From positions 6,340,707 to 6,404,706 of the forward strand of contig OZ037767.1 in assembly GCA_964035545.1 (NCBI GenBank): a stretch of 64,000 nucleotides of DNA, given 5' to 3'. The DNA comes from Bugula neritina (taxonomy: Eukaryota > Animalia > Bryozoa). The translations under genes were made by a program, and so were the position numbers. Of this stretch, positions 12,742-25,481 are shown piece after piece. The notes under the pieces were generated by a model. It did no database searches, had not been told where the DNA came from, and saw only the letters and a list, made by a program, of their open reading frames with translations. Numbering within the stretch: position 1 is the stretch's first letter; each line of letters starts with the position of its first letter.

Positions 12742-14979
12742 CTGCAACTAAATCAGCTACACACTAGCATACAATAGATCTATTTTCTAAAATTCAAGCT
12801 TATATTTGCACGATAAATTTTTTTGGAAGAGTTGGGAAACAGCTGAATTACTATATTTTTTCACCGTAATTTTAGGAATGTGACTTCATAATATAAGATT
12901 GAAATAAAACTCATTTAGGCTGCAGAACTGGTTCTTTTAACCGACTAGGACGTTTGTAGTTATTAAACCTCAAATTGTTAATTTAAGAGTGTTAGCTTTT
13001 GACTAGACTTTGTTAACACTAAGTGCACTGAGCTACGTACAAGCACCTGCAGAGAACAACCCTAATGTGTTGTAATACATTCATAGTTATTAATTAACAT
13101 TTGATTTTACTATGAGCTCAAGAATGATTACAAACCAGGTTAAACCTATCACATCTGCTGACACTAGCACATTGTTATAATAAAGCATATTTTATATTCC
13201 CTCAAATGGTTTAGGTATGACGATTGACCTATAGAAGTAGTCTAGGGTGTCAGATTGGTGATATTTCTACTTCTACCCCTATAGCCTCGCACTTGCATTC
13301 TTTGTTACTCTAGCCTTTTTAATGTAGCTCTCAGCTGTACTTTTAAAAGAAATATAATATGATAAATTTTTTGAGATTTTTGATTTAGAATTATTTATTA
13401 TAATACTAAAACCATAATAGCATATTAATTTATAAATATTCACGCGGGTTTCCAATTGTCATCCATGTAAGAACTGCCTGGCTTAAAAGATTTTCAAAGT
13501 CTGGCTGCTTTCTCAGTAGTGGAGCTTCCTAACTTGTGTTTCTTGTAATTTGAACTCTTGGCCTTGCGTTCAACAAGCCAGTGCTTTAATCACTGGACTA
13601 CACTGTGTATTTTATAAAACCATATCTAAAGACTTCACAAGCTTATACAGCTTGCATGGGCTTGTATTACTGCAAGCTTATTAGAAGTGGTTTTATGTAC
13701 GAACTATTATAAGATGAAAGGCCGCTGCCAATTACAGTCAAGAATTTTAAAAATCAAACACTCAAAAATAAACATCACATGTGCATAATTTTTTTTAATT
13801 ATGCAGCACACAAATGACAAATAATGCTATAAGTAAATCACGCAAATAATATAAAACATCGTAAAGGTAGAATAGTTTATAGAGAAAGCACAAAATGTAT
13901 ATACCTTAAACAGATGTTGCTGAATTAATAATTAAAAATAGACACTGAAATCCTATCATGGCTAAGTTAAATATGGGTGGGGTGTCAAACATGCTACTTA
14001 TCAGCTAAAATACATATGTATAATATAGAAAGAAATCTATTTAGAATTTAAGCAAAATATTTAGTTGTAGAATAGACAGTATTTTGAGCAAATAAAATAT
14101 TTTAGCGATTTAAATTTTTCGTTAGTTAACCCTGATGGACACTAATCAACCTTTCAAATAAGCTACAAAAGCCTTTCTACTGGTCACTCAATAGCAATCT
14201 TTTGGTCAACTCTCACCTGATATATAGTACTATAGTTTGGAGTTCTTCCATTTTACGGTACATTTATGCGGTAGAATTCATTTACTAAGAGCTTTACATA
14301 TAATTGCCTAAAAGTTTTAAAAATAACGCCTTGATCACGCACACACACCACACACCTGCACACAATGCACACATTGCACACAATGCACTCAATGCACTAT
14401 TATGTAATCGTTGTATATTTTGTTCTATTCTCCATTTTTGTATTTTAGCTTTAGCTAAGTTTTATTTACAAATAAAATTCAGATTAAGAAAGACCTCATC
14501 AAATATTTAAAACAACCAATCAATAAAATGTTGCAAACTAAACTTGTTTATTTTTAGAGGTTGAAAAAACTCGACAATTAAAGATAGCATATTACTGTGT
14601 TATATATTATGTAGGTCCTACTCATCAGCTAGTCAATTTCTATTAGTGGGCATCTTAATGGCATTTTCCACATTCTAGGCTGGCTATGACTTAATAGCTT
14701 AATATAACTTAGTAACCTAATATTCTCATGACGAAGGCCACATCGTAAACTTTATTTTAAGCTGGGAGGAGGGGCATATCATCAGTGTTATTCAAATTAC
14801 TTTATTTCAAAAAGTTATGAATCAATACACAATCAAGTCCCAATAGTTACTGCAGGCTACATGTTTTGCAGCATGTGTAAAAATAATACAATTAGAAGGT
14901 AGTTTTTAACTCAAATTCATGTATCCGTGCGCATGAAAAGTAATTTTAGCATCATGCCTTTGAGAGCCACATAAATATA

Positions 14980-15025
14980 AGCCGTGGGCCACATCCGGCC
15001 TTGGGGCGCCTGTTGGACAGCCCTG
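14980..15025 (-). mobile_element. Solitary hAT-like transposon terminus
   Basis: The minus strand reads CAGGGCTGTCCAACAGGCGCCCCAAGGCCGGATGTGGCCC, a typical hAT end with GGCCC subterminal motifs. No partner end was found. Confidence 0.45.
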
Positions 15026-15540
15026 ATCTAAGTTAATACACAGTAGAACATAACTGTATAATTATGTACAAAAAATATCCCGCAGCAATTGTAGATGCCA
15101 TATATAAAGATTGGAACATAATAATTTTGCTTTACAGTTTCTTGGCCCATCTTTTCCAGTATACTGCCAGATTCTAACCAGCACAGATCTACCACGCAAT
15201 GATCTGGAAGATTTTACTGGACCAAAATATTTTTAAAGTAGAGTTACAGAAAAATTGAAGTTGGTACTTTTTTTGTAGTACACGATATTTATTTAATTAC
15301 TGTAAATCTACGGTTATTTTTAGAAGCAAATAAACTCAAATATTTACCCATAAACACGATAAATAATTATATGTCTAAAAAATTGCTGCTCTACTGATGA
15401 AGGTAAAAGGCAAAAGCTTTGCTTCAAAGCTGTTAACAAGTCAAACTAAGGAAGAAAAGAATAATTAATTAAAATGAACTGCTCTGGAATAAAGCTACAC
15501 ACACACACGAAATGTATTAGAAAGTAAAACTGTAGGCTGA

Positions 15541-18348
15541 TCAAATCCCATGAACTTCAACTTCATGAATATTCAAGTAAGTTGTAGCATTGAACAGAAT
15601 CTGAACAAAACGACCACTGATTGGTTGTTTACAAGTAGCCAGGGTGTAGTAGTTGTTAAGAGCTCCATCATGGTAGTAACACAAGACTTCAGGGTTTGTT
15701 CCAGTAAATTCTATCTCTTCTTCTGCCATGGCAATTGTAATCTCAGCGTTTAATGCTCTTTCCCTTGTATGTCCATGATTTGCTAATCAAATTAAAAATT
15801 ATATAAAATCTAAGAACTTGTGTTCACAACTGCCTTTAATGCTTATTTTTATGCCAAGAGTAAAAGTTAGAATAGAATTTTGCAGTGCATTTGTCAATAA
15901 AAATTGAAACATAATATACATGTATAGTTGTTATCAGGTACTGTACATCAAAAAATACCGGCATCCTCTAAAAGAGCAACACAATCGTTGTGATGAAATG
16001 GTTAGCAAGTGCCTGCTTGCTAGCCAGAGGTTTTGGGTTTGATACATAGTGGAAACAAATGTTTTAGCAGTTTTGTTAGCATGTTGACACCCTTGAAAAG
16101 GCTTATTAGTAGATGTAATATTTTGTTTTTTGAATAAATTGAGGAGTTATTAAATCATTTTCCTCAACAATTTTAAACACTTTTCGAACATACTCAGTTC
16201 TTATTAATATTAATCAAGGGAGCAAAATATTAGAGATAGGTATGCTATAAAATGTCATAAAAATCTTGTTAATATCAATTGAACAATGCAAGTATTATAA
16301 TCTCACTACACCAATAAGATATATAAATAAAGTATAAACTATTAATATTAAATGAATAGATAATTTTACTGTGCAGTTTCGATATCTGTCTTTGAAATAA
16401 TAATTGTGTCGATTATTTTTGTTACACGCAAAATTTCAATTAAGCAAAGCTATTTAATCTTATTAAAGAAATAGGTAAGCTTTTTTTAACTTTAACCAGC
16501 TTCTAAAGGTTCTAAAGAGCAAAGAGCAGCTAGTGTCTAGGGGTCTAAAGTGTTTGCTTAGTAAACACAAAGGCATGGGTTAGAACCTTGGCAAAGGCCA
16601 TTGATGATATTAGAAAGAGCATCTAGTCATAATTGCCTCTGTGCCCCATCTGAATAAACTCTTAGCCGGCTTTAAAAGCAGCCCTTTCCATCAGGGTCTT
16701 CTCATAGGGATGGCAACTATAAACTCTGTGAATTTTTTCTAAGTTATTTCTCACTTGTCTTGCATGGATATAATTGTAGTCCTGCACTGGTAGCCTCCCA
16801 TTTTGAGTTAATTCAAGTTTAAGTTTTATATATGCCATAAATACTGGTCAAAAAATTGAAGTTAAACACATTTTTAGTTTTTATGTGAATAAGCTCTTTC
16901 AAATTTATTTAGTGATCAGTTTGAAAAAATATGCAACTCACTGTCTCCTCTGTTAAGGATGTTGACAGCCCAGACACAATAGACATCAACCAGATCCACC
17001 CTCCACCAGGGTCTGTGTTCAAACACACTATGAGCCATTGAAATTCTATCTGTCAAGACATCGTAAATACCATCAACTGCTTTAGAGGCTTCAAAAGAAT
17101 GTTTAGAACTCGCAGCAATATAGTTGCTTGAGAGTTTTGCCGGTTTTCCTGCAAAAAATATTACAAAGTTTTGGATACTTTTGACTTAAAATATTCACAA
17201 TGAAAAAGTTATCTTTAAATAATGTTCGGCAATGTTAAAATTTACTTTAAATTCTAAAGAAAATATTTTCTTTTTATGGTAATACTAATACCCTGTGCTA
17301 GCAGCTTATTTGGCTGTACATTCGCTCTTTGGGAAATCTGAATGGAGTAGTTTGACTGTGGCCCTCTCCACTCAGTAAACAAATGAGGATTCACACATTT
17401 CTTCAGGAAACATCTTTTATTTTCAACATCATAAACCATTCTCAGGCATTTCTTGTTTTGTGTACATTTCAGCAAACAGATTTCGGCAACTTGACTGAAT
17501 ATTGATTCACCAGTCATATGATCTGTGACTGACATGTTCCCTGGTACACTGTATTTTCTGAATCTGTCAATGCTAATGTCACATTGGCTTGCGACGGACA
17601 CCACAAAGTGGAGTAAAGCTAAAAAGAAATAAATAGCACCCAAGTGTATAATGATAGAAAAAATTTTTTCCTATCTCCACTTTTCGGAAAATGACACAAA
17701 AATAGACAGCATATTGTAATGGCACCTATTTAGCACTCAGTCTAGAGTTCTAGCTATTCTTCTAAACTGTAAAATATTGGAAATATTATTCTGGAACAAG
17801 AAAAAGTATAATACAGTGCACTAAACCATGCAGTCAATAGGTCATTTAAATGTAGAGATATAATTAAACACCTTATAAATTGCATATTTTGTTTCAAGTC
17901 CAAGTGACACAAGCAGGTTTAATGTCAATTCTATATACTGGTACTATAGTAAAATCTTCAACTAAACTTCAGGTAATCAGAAATTATTCTTTTATTATCT
18001 AGCAATAAAAAAGTAAATAGTCAAACTAAACTGCAGAATCTAACAAGTCTTTTTTACTAGTGTGCTATTTCTATTTCTCTTTGATAGGCTTATCTTTGTA
18101 TTATATGCCACTATAATTTACATAAAACTTGCCATCCAAATTTGCATATGTAAATTAAACAGTATAGCCTAAAATATAAAGCAATTACTTGAAAGCATTT
18201 AGACTTTACAGCAAAAGGGCAAAAAAAAGTTTGAAGCCATTTTTTCGTATTCTCACTAGTTTAAACTTTATACTACTCCTATACGAACAAGACACAAAGT
18301 GACTGCAATAGAGTTATAAGACAAACCGTGTAAGTATAAAATATGCAT
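15541..18348 (-). CDS. Secreted PAN/Apple + F-type (fucolectin) lectin, copy A, intact, 265 aa
   Basis: Exons 18348-18327, 17618-17292, 17148-16942, 15782-15541. Signal peptide MHILYLHALLHFVVSVASQ; PAN cysteine pattern CLLKCTQNKKCLRMVYDVENKRCFLK; F-type lectin hallmarks LAQGKPA..SS, ASKAVDG, H-x26-RGD, PWWRVDL, GRFVQI, LNIHEVEV. Confidence 0.88.
16525..16726 (+). mobile_element. tRNA-derived SINE in intron 3 of lectin copy A
   Basis: tRNA-like head followed by a body that aligns by eye with the reverse complement of 61883-62066 (GCATCYAGTCATAATTGC; TTCCATCAGGG; GATGGCAACTATAAACT). Absent from the matching intron of copy B. Confidence 0.7.
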
Positions 18349-19675
18349 TTTACAATCTAGACAGCCTGTTTCTCTCTTTGACTCGGTTGCTGAAGGACTG
18401 GAAACAAACAGAGCACTGACATAAAGTTGCTTCTAAAATCAATAAGAATCATGCAACCCTAATTAGTTTTCAAGACGTAAGGTACAATTTGCTAAGAAAC
18501 TTTTTTCAAGTTTTACATATAACTGTAGCGTACATTCAACAAAAGCCAGTCTAATATAATATAACGTTTTAGCTTGATTACAGATTTCAATCTGTAAAAA
18601 GCTATTTAAATATTACGTTCAAATAATGAAATTAGTAAATATTATGAATTAGATTAAAACAAATATACGTTTGTATAGGCAGATAATTTTGACAGGTATA
18701 TGGTTACTATGATTTTAGGTAAAAATGGCACAGGTAATAATGGCACCAGTAACAAGGGCACATGTAAACCCCTGCCCTAATAAACCATAAATTTGAAACA
18801 TAAGCTTTTTGACTATATTATATTAGCATACTGTCATTAGCATGGTCAGCATGTTTGAGAATTTGAACTTTGAAATTTGTTGTTTTTTTCGTACATGTTT
18901 GCTCAGCTTTGTAGAGTTTGTCTCAATGATGTGCCTGAAACTAAGTGCTATACTATTGTAATAAGTAGTTTGTCTTCAACTTTATCTCTGTATGCAGCTT
19001 TGCTAGGTAATTGGCTTTGATCGACACACTTATTTAATGGACGTCATCTTTTTATTTCTGCAATTACCCAGTTAATGATTTTATCCCACTTGAACGCTTC
19101 ACAGTTGGACGCTATTTTTTATTTTGGTACCTAAATAACTGCTGTATTGATTGCTCAATAGCTAACATGTTTATAGCTAATATAAATTACTTGGATTATG
19201 AGTCCATTTTTTTATGGATTTCTGTAGGACAAAAATACAGTAGTAAATTAATAATAGACATTATATTTAATGAATATACTTGTGCCTCTGTGAGTGTGAA
19301 TGAGTGGTAAAATTTGTTTGTTCAATAGGTTTTTAGAAATAGCATAATAATAATAAACACAAAACTAGTGTTTAGTTACATAAGATATGTTATAACAGCT
19401 CAATATTTCTTTGATTTGCTTTCATTCCCATTTTTAGATTAAAAATATTGATTAATTTTCTTCTTTTGACGTTATATTCAAAAGTCTAGTTGGTCATATA
19501 ATTCAACAACATTTTAGATGGGTATGTGCAAAATCAAATCAATAAGTTTTCTTGATAGCTAAAATAGTTGCTCACTCTCAGACATGCAGCTTGTTGTTAA
19601 ACAGATATTAATATTTTTATACATGAAAGATTAAAATCGGTTACTTACACTTCAAGAGCTAACTTTTATCTCAGA

Positions 19676-19854
19676 GTACTGAAAGAATTACTTGAAAGAA
19701 GAATTATTAAAGTTAAAGCATGCATTGTAGTAGAGTTTTACCTAAACAGGGTGCGGGGGTCTGGTACCCAGCCACCCTCTTTACATTCAAATGTCTTGAC
19801 TGTGGTATTGTCACCGTATTTAAACCCTGGCATACACTCATATGTGGCTACTGT

Positions 19855-19855
<1 letters not shown>
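19676..19855 (-). pseudogene. Orphan duplicated fragment of the third CCP exon (plus adjacent intron) of the CTL-CCP gene
   Basis: Near-identical to ~27375-27548 (TVATYECMPGFKYGDNTTVKTFECKEGGWVPDP). It has a 1-nt insertion, lacks the acceptor end, and abuts the (CA)n tract. Confidence 0.85.
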
Positions 19856-20107
<252 letters not shown>

Positions 20108-21408
20108 TTGTTGTATAATAAATACAAGTGATTCCACTCAATTGAATACACACAAATTAAGTGCAACCGCAGAATTAAAAATTATGTCCAATTTAAATAT
20201 AAATGTGTAGATCAAAACCAATTATACCCAGCCAAGCTGCAGTTCATTCCGATAACAAAGTAGAAATATGCATACAGAAACCAGGTTGAAGACGAGATAT
20301 TATATAGTAGCAATAAAGTCAGTTTTAAAGACATCTTTAAGACAAACTCTATAACAAAGCTGATCAAACATGGATAGAAAAGAACCAATTATACAGCATG
20401 AAATGAAAATTCTCAGACATGCCCAGCCATGCACTAATTAATCATCAACACACTGCCATCCCTACAGATAGAAAAAATTCGTTATCATACATCTAAACTC
20501 ACATATGCACTCATGGCTCAAAAGCATATATATATGAATTATTCTATTTAAATGCGGTCATGCAGGCAAAAAGGTTCATTTTAAAAAGCAGTACTTAACC
20601 CATATTTGAGGGTCTTTTGACAGTATATTAATATAATCCATTAGCTTATGTTTCAAATTTATGGTTTAATATTGTAATGGCGTGGAGCATGTATGCTTCT
20701 CCCTTGTCCAATAGGCATATAAACATTTGCAGGCAAAGCATAATTGTATTATATAGTCGCAGAAGTATTATAACATTCCTTTAGTCACATTGTAAAACAC
20801 CGCACTCTCTGCTGTAGTGGCACAATGATACTGCGTCACTACCGAACCGGTATCCACCGCTGGAACACACCAGCCAATAATAGCCTTCCCTTATAAGGAG
20901 AAAATCTGAGCGCCCACACTCATTCCATGCTTAGATGTCTTACAAAGCTAACTATTGTGCAACTCTCTAGATTGCATGTTTTCTTATGTTGATATTATTT
21001 TCTATAATTAGTGCTGTAAAAATATCTTAGATTACTCGGTACTCTCTCATAACCAAGTAGGAGGAAATGTTTTAACAGTGCAAATACGCAACATAACCCA
21101 CATTAGTCGTAGTACACAAACTACAACAATATGGCAGCTTTGTGACAACTTTACTAATGTGTAGTCAAACTTAAGCATTATATACAATTTCCGACTGATT
21201 TTTGTTGAATGTACACTGCGGTCATGTGTAAAACATGAACAAGCTAGTTTAACAAATAGCACTTTATATCTTGAAAACTAATTAACTTTGAATGATTCTT
21301 ATTGATTTTAGAAACAACTTGTAATATCAGTGTGTTTTATGTTTGTTTCCAGTCATTTTTAATCAGCAACCAAAGCTAAAGAGATGAGCTGAATGTCTGG
21401 ACTATAAA

Positions 21409-23387
21409 ATGCATATTTTATACCTTAAAGGTTGGTCTTATAACTCTTTTGTAGTCAAGTGTGTTATATGTATATATGATTAGCATGTAATTTAAACTGG
21501 TAAATTAAATACTAGGATTATTTGTTTTAAATTTGTTTTTGCATCTTTGCTCTAAAAGATGTTAAACTTTAAAGCTTTTAATATTCTAGGCATTTATGTT
21601 TTTATAGTTACAAATTTGAATGGCAAAAAATTATTTTACGTGATTTAGTGTCATATCTGGAAAATATCTCTTTGGCAGACTCATACAAAATAAATCTGTC
21701 AAAGAGATTAGTAGAAATAGCACACTAGCAAATAAAAACTGTTTAGACTCTGCAGTTTAGTTCGACTATTTATTTGGTTCATTTGCTGACCAGAATCGTA
21801 GTTTAGTTTTTAATAGTATGAAAAGGACTTTAAATCTTTTTTGTGTCACTTGATCTTGAAACAATTTGTTAGAATTAATTATGCAATTCGGGTATTTAAT
21901 TATATCTTTACATTTAAATGACCTATTAACATGTTTTAGTGCGCTATATTATATTTTTTCTTAGTTTGAAGTAATTGTTTTAATATTTTACAGTTTAAAA
22001 GAGTATAGCTAGAATGACCTTAGACTGAATGCTAAATGAATTCCATTACAATTATATGCTGTCTATTTTTGTTCTCTCCAGAAAAGTGTATATAGGAAAA
22101 AAGCTGTTCTATTATTATGTATACTTGGATCATGCTATTTATTTATTTTCAGCTTTTTTCCACCTTGTGGTGTTTGTCACAAGCCAATGTAACGTTAGCA
22201 TTGACAGATTCAGAAAATACAGTGTACCAGGGAACATGTCAGTCACAGATCATATGACTGGTGAATCAATATTCAGTCAAGTTGCCGAAATCTGTTTGCT
22301 GAAATGTACACAAGACAAGAAATGTCTGGGAATGGTTTATGATGTTGAAAATAAAAGATGTTTCCTGAAGAAATGTGTGAATCCTCATTTGTTTACTGAG
22401 TGGAGAGGGCCAGAGTCAAACTACTCCATTCAGATTTCCCAGAGAGCGAATGTACAGCCAAAAAAGCTGCTAGCACAGGGTATTAGGATTACCATAAAAA
22501 GAAAATATTTTCTTTAGAATTTAAAGTAAATTCCAGCTTTGTAAAACATTACTTATTAATTTTTTTTCAACTGTGAACTTTTATAAGTCAAAATGACTTG
22601 ATAATTTGTACTTTATATTTAAAAGCTTCAATTATATTTTTTGCAGGTAAACCAGCTAAACTCTCAAGCACCGGCATTGATGTAAGTTCCAAATACTCTT
22701 TTGAAGCTTCTAAAGCAGTTGATGGTATTTACGATATTTTGAGAGATGTAGTTTCAATGGCCCACAGTCTCATGGAACACAGACCCTATGGTGGAGGGTG
22801 GATCTGGTTGATGTCTATTGTGTCTGGGCTGTCAACATCCTTAACAGAGGAGACAGTGAGTTGCATATCTTAATAAACTGATCATTAAAGAAGTTTGGAA
22901 AAGCTTATTTATAAGTCAAAAAATGGTTAAACTTAAATCTTTTGAGAAGTATTTATGCCATGTATAAACCTTAAATTAACTTTGAACCATGCAGGGCTAC
23001 AACTTTTCCCGTAAGACTAGTGGGAAAAAACTTAGAACCTGATTCAATTCAAATACCTAACTAATTTTAATTTTTGCTTTTTTGAATAAAAATAAGCAAA
23101 ACAGTTGTTGACGCAAGGTTTTTTAGGTTTATTAATTTTAATTAGCCTATAATAAACATACTTGGGAAAGAGCATTAAACGCTGAGATCACAGTTGCCAT
23201 GGCAGAAGAAGAGATAGAGTTTACTGGAACAAACCCTGAAATTCTGTGTTACTACCATGATGGAGCTCTTAACAGTTACTACACCCTGGCTACTTGTGAT
23301 CAACCAATCAGAGGTCGTTTTGTTCAGATTCTGTTCAATGCTACCACTATTTTTAATATTCATGAAATTGAAGTTCATGGGATTTAA
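21409..23387 (+). pseudogene. PAN/Apple + F-type lectin, copy B, with a 2-nt frameshift in exon 3
   Basis: Exons 21409-21430, 22153-22479, 22647-22855 and 23146-23387 mirror copy A. Exon 3 is 209 nt versus 207 nt (CCC-TA-TGGTGG at ~22787), which destroys PWWRVDL and gives an early stop in exon 4. It may be a null allele or an assembly error. Confidence 0.8.
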
Positions 23388-23890
23388 TGAGCCTGCAGAT
23401 TAGCTTTCTAATACAGCTCCTGTGTGTAGCTTCATTCAAGGTTAATTCATTTTTGTTATTGTTTTCTTTCTTATAGCCTTGACTTGTCAACAGTTTTGAA
23501 GCGTTGCTTCTGTTTTACTTTTGTCAGTACTGCAGGTGTTTTTAGACATATTGTACTATTGTATTATATTATATTAGTTTATTCCTTCAGCACAATAATT
23601 GTGTTTATTATAAAATCTTTAAGTTCCTGTGCACATTTGTTTTTAAAAAGTTACATGTTTACATAAACTAAATAAATGTCATGTACTAAAAAAGTAGCAG
23701 CAACAATTTTTTCTGCAAGTCTAATTTAAAAAGATTTTAGTCCTGCAAAGTCTTTTAGATCATCCAGTGCTGCTTAGAATCTAGCAGTATATTAGGAAAA
23801 ATAGGGTAAGAAATTGTAAAGCAAAATAATATGTTGTAATCTATAATTGTAGTAGCATACTGTTTATGCATATAGTGTGTGTGTGTGTTT

Positions 23891-23926
<36 letters not shown>

Positions 23927-23949
23927 ATAAATGCAACAGTTTATTAATA

Positions 23950-24190
23950 CTCTGAGTTGCTTTAATAACCATTTTTAGATTAAAAATATTGATTACTTTT
24001 CTTTTTTAAATAATATTGTAATCTAGCTAGCTAGATTACAAGTTTTTATATCAAGGAAGATTATCGATTTGATATTGCAAAAATTTAAAACTTTGCTAAG
24101 TTATATAACTATCTGAATTTAAATATCATTTAAAAAAGAAAAGTAATCAATATTTCTAATCTAAAAATGGTTATTAAAGCAACTCAAAGC
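23950..24190. repeat. Foldback/MITE-like hairpin with ~65-bp inverted arms
   Basis: TGAGTTGCTTTAATAACCATTTTTAGATTAAAAATATTGATTACTTTTCTTTTTTAAAT at ~23953 and its near-perfect reverse complement ending at 24186. Confidence 0.75.
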
Positions 24191-25481
24191 TAAAATAATT
24201 ACTCCCTGTACTTGAGCAGTTTCTTGTTAAACAGATACTAATTGTATACATAAACACACGAAATATTAAATACAGTTACTTGCACACTTTAAAAGCTAGT
24301 TAAAACTACATCATGTTTATTGATTTTGTTTAAAATTCTTTTTTCAGATTATGTTTAATTTTCTACCAAAAAAGGAAGAAAAACTGAAACTTCAAGCAGA
24401 ATGAATATTTTATATTTGCATGACTGCCTAACCAGTTATACATTATTAAATATATACAAATTTAGATAGACTAAGTACATAAATGTATATTATATGAAGA
24501 ATCTATATTTAAAAGCTAATATTATTGAAAGACTTTTTGATTTTAGAAGATTTATTAGTATAGAAATACATGTTTATTTTAGTATTGTAGGCCTATGTTG
24601 TTTGTAAAAAATGCACATATTTCAATTTATTTGTTTACTGTTATATTATGACATATATTTTTGTGTTGAAATGAGGAAGGTTTTTCTATAAAGTGTCATT
24701 TATAAATTACTCTTCACTGTCATATGCATACAAATATTCATGAAATAGCGATTAACAAGGGAAAACTAAATTTTGTTACTTATTTAGGTTACCAAACAAC
24801 TCTGCTACTAGATATTAGGATGGCAATTGCTTACTTGACTTTCAGTATAAGTTAATACTAAGGTAAGTAGCTTTTGGAAATGTAGAGCAAACATTTCTTT
24901 GATTCCAACTGATGATTCAACTCTTGTATGCTGAATGTTTTCATCTATTATTATTCACTTATGATAAGAAGGTAGGCACAGTAATGGAGTAAATGAAAGC
25001 CTATGTTAGCCGTGTTATGTGTTGGGAAGATAACAAAAAATGTTGCGTTTTCACCCCTGACCTAAACCGAACTATAATAAAATAAATGAAAGAATTTAGG
25101 CTATTGAGACTTCTCTCCTGAATTCTAGAGATAACTCATTCACATACATATTATACAAGTTTCAATATTTGCATTATTTGTGCAAATTTTATTTTTTTGT
25201 TCAAGCTATATTCCATTAGACTTCTACCACATGTCATAATATATATTATATAGTTATAACTATGGCAAGTGTAGTTTTGGCAACATATAAATTATGCATT
25301 CTATGATCAATTTATTAATCTTTTAAATTAAAATGCTATTCTTCAGATGCTTTATAATCACTTTTCTGTTAAAATATATTGTGATTAAACAGATCAAACT
25401 TGAAAAATACAATACCGCCATGAAAATAATAACTGCACAACTTCTGAAACAAGAGTTTGACAAAAAGAATCTTAGCAATGC

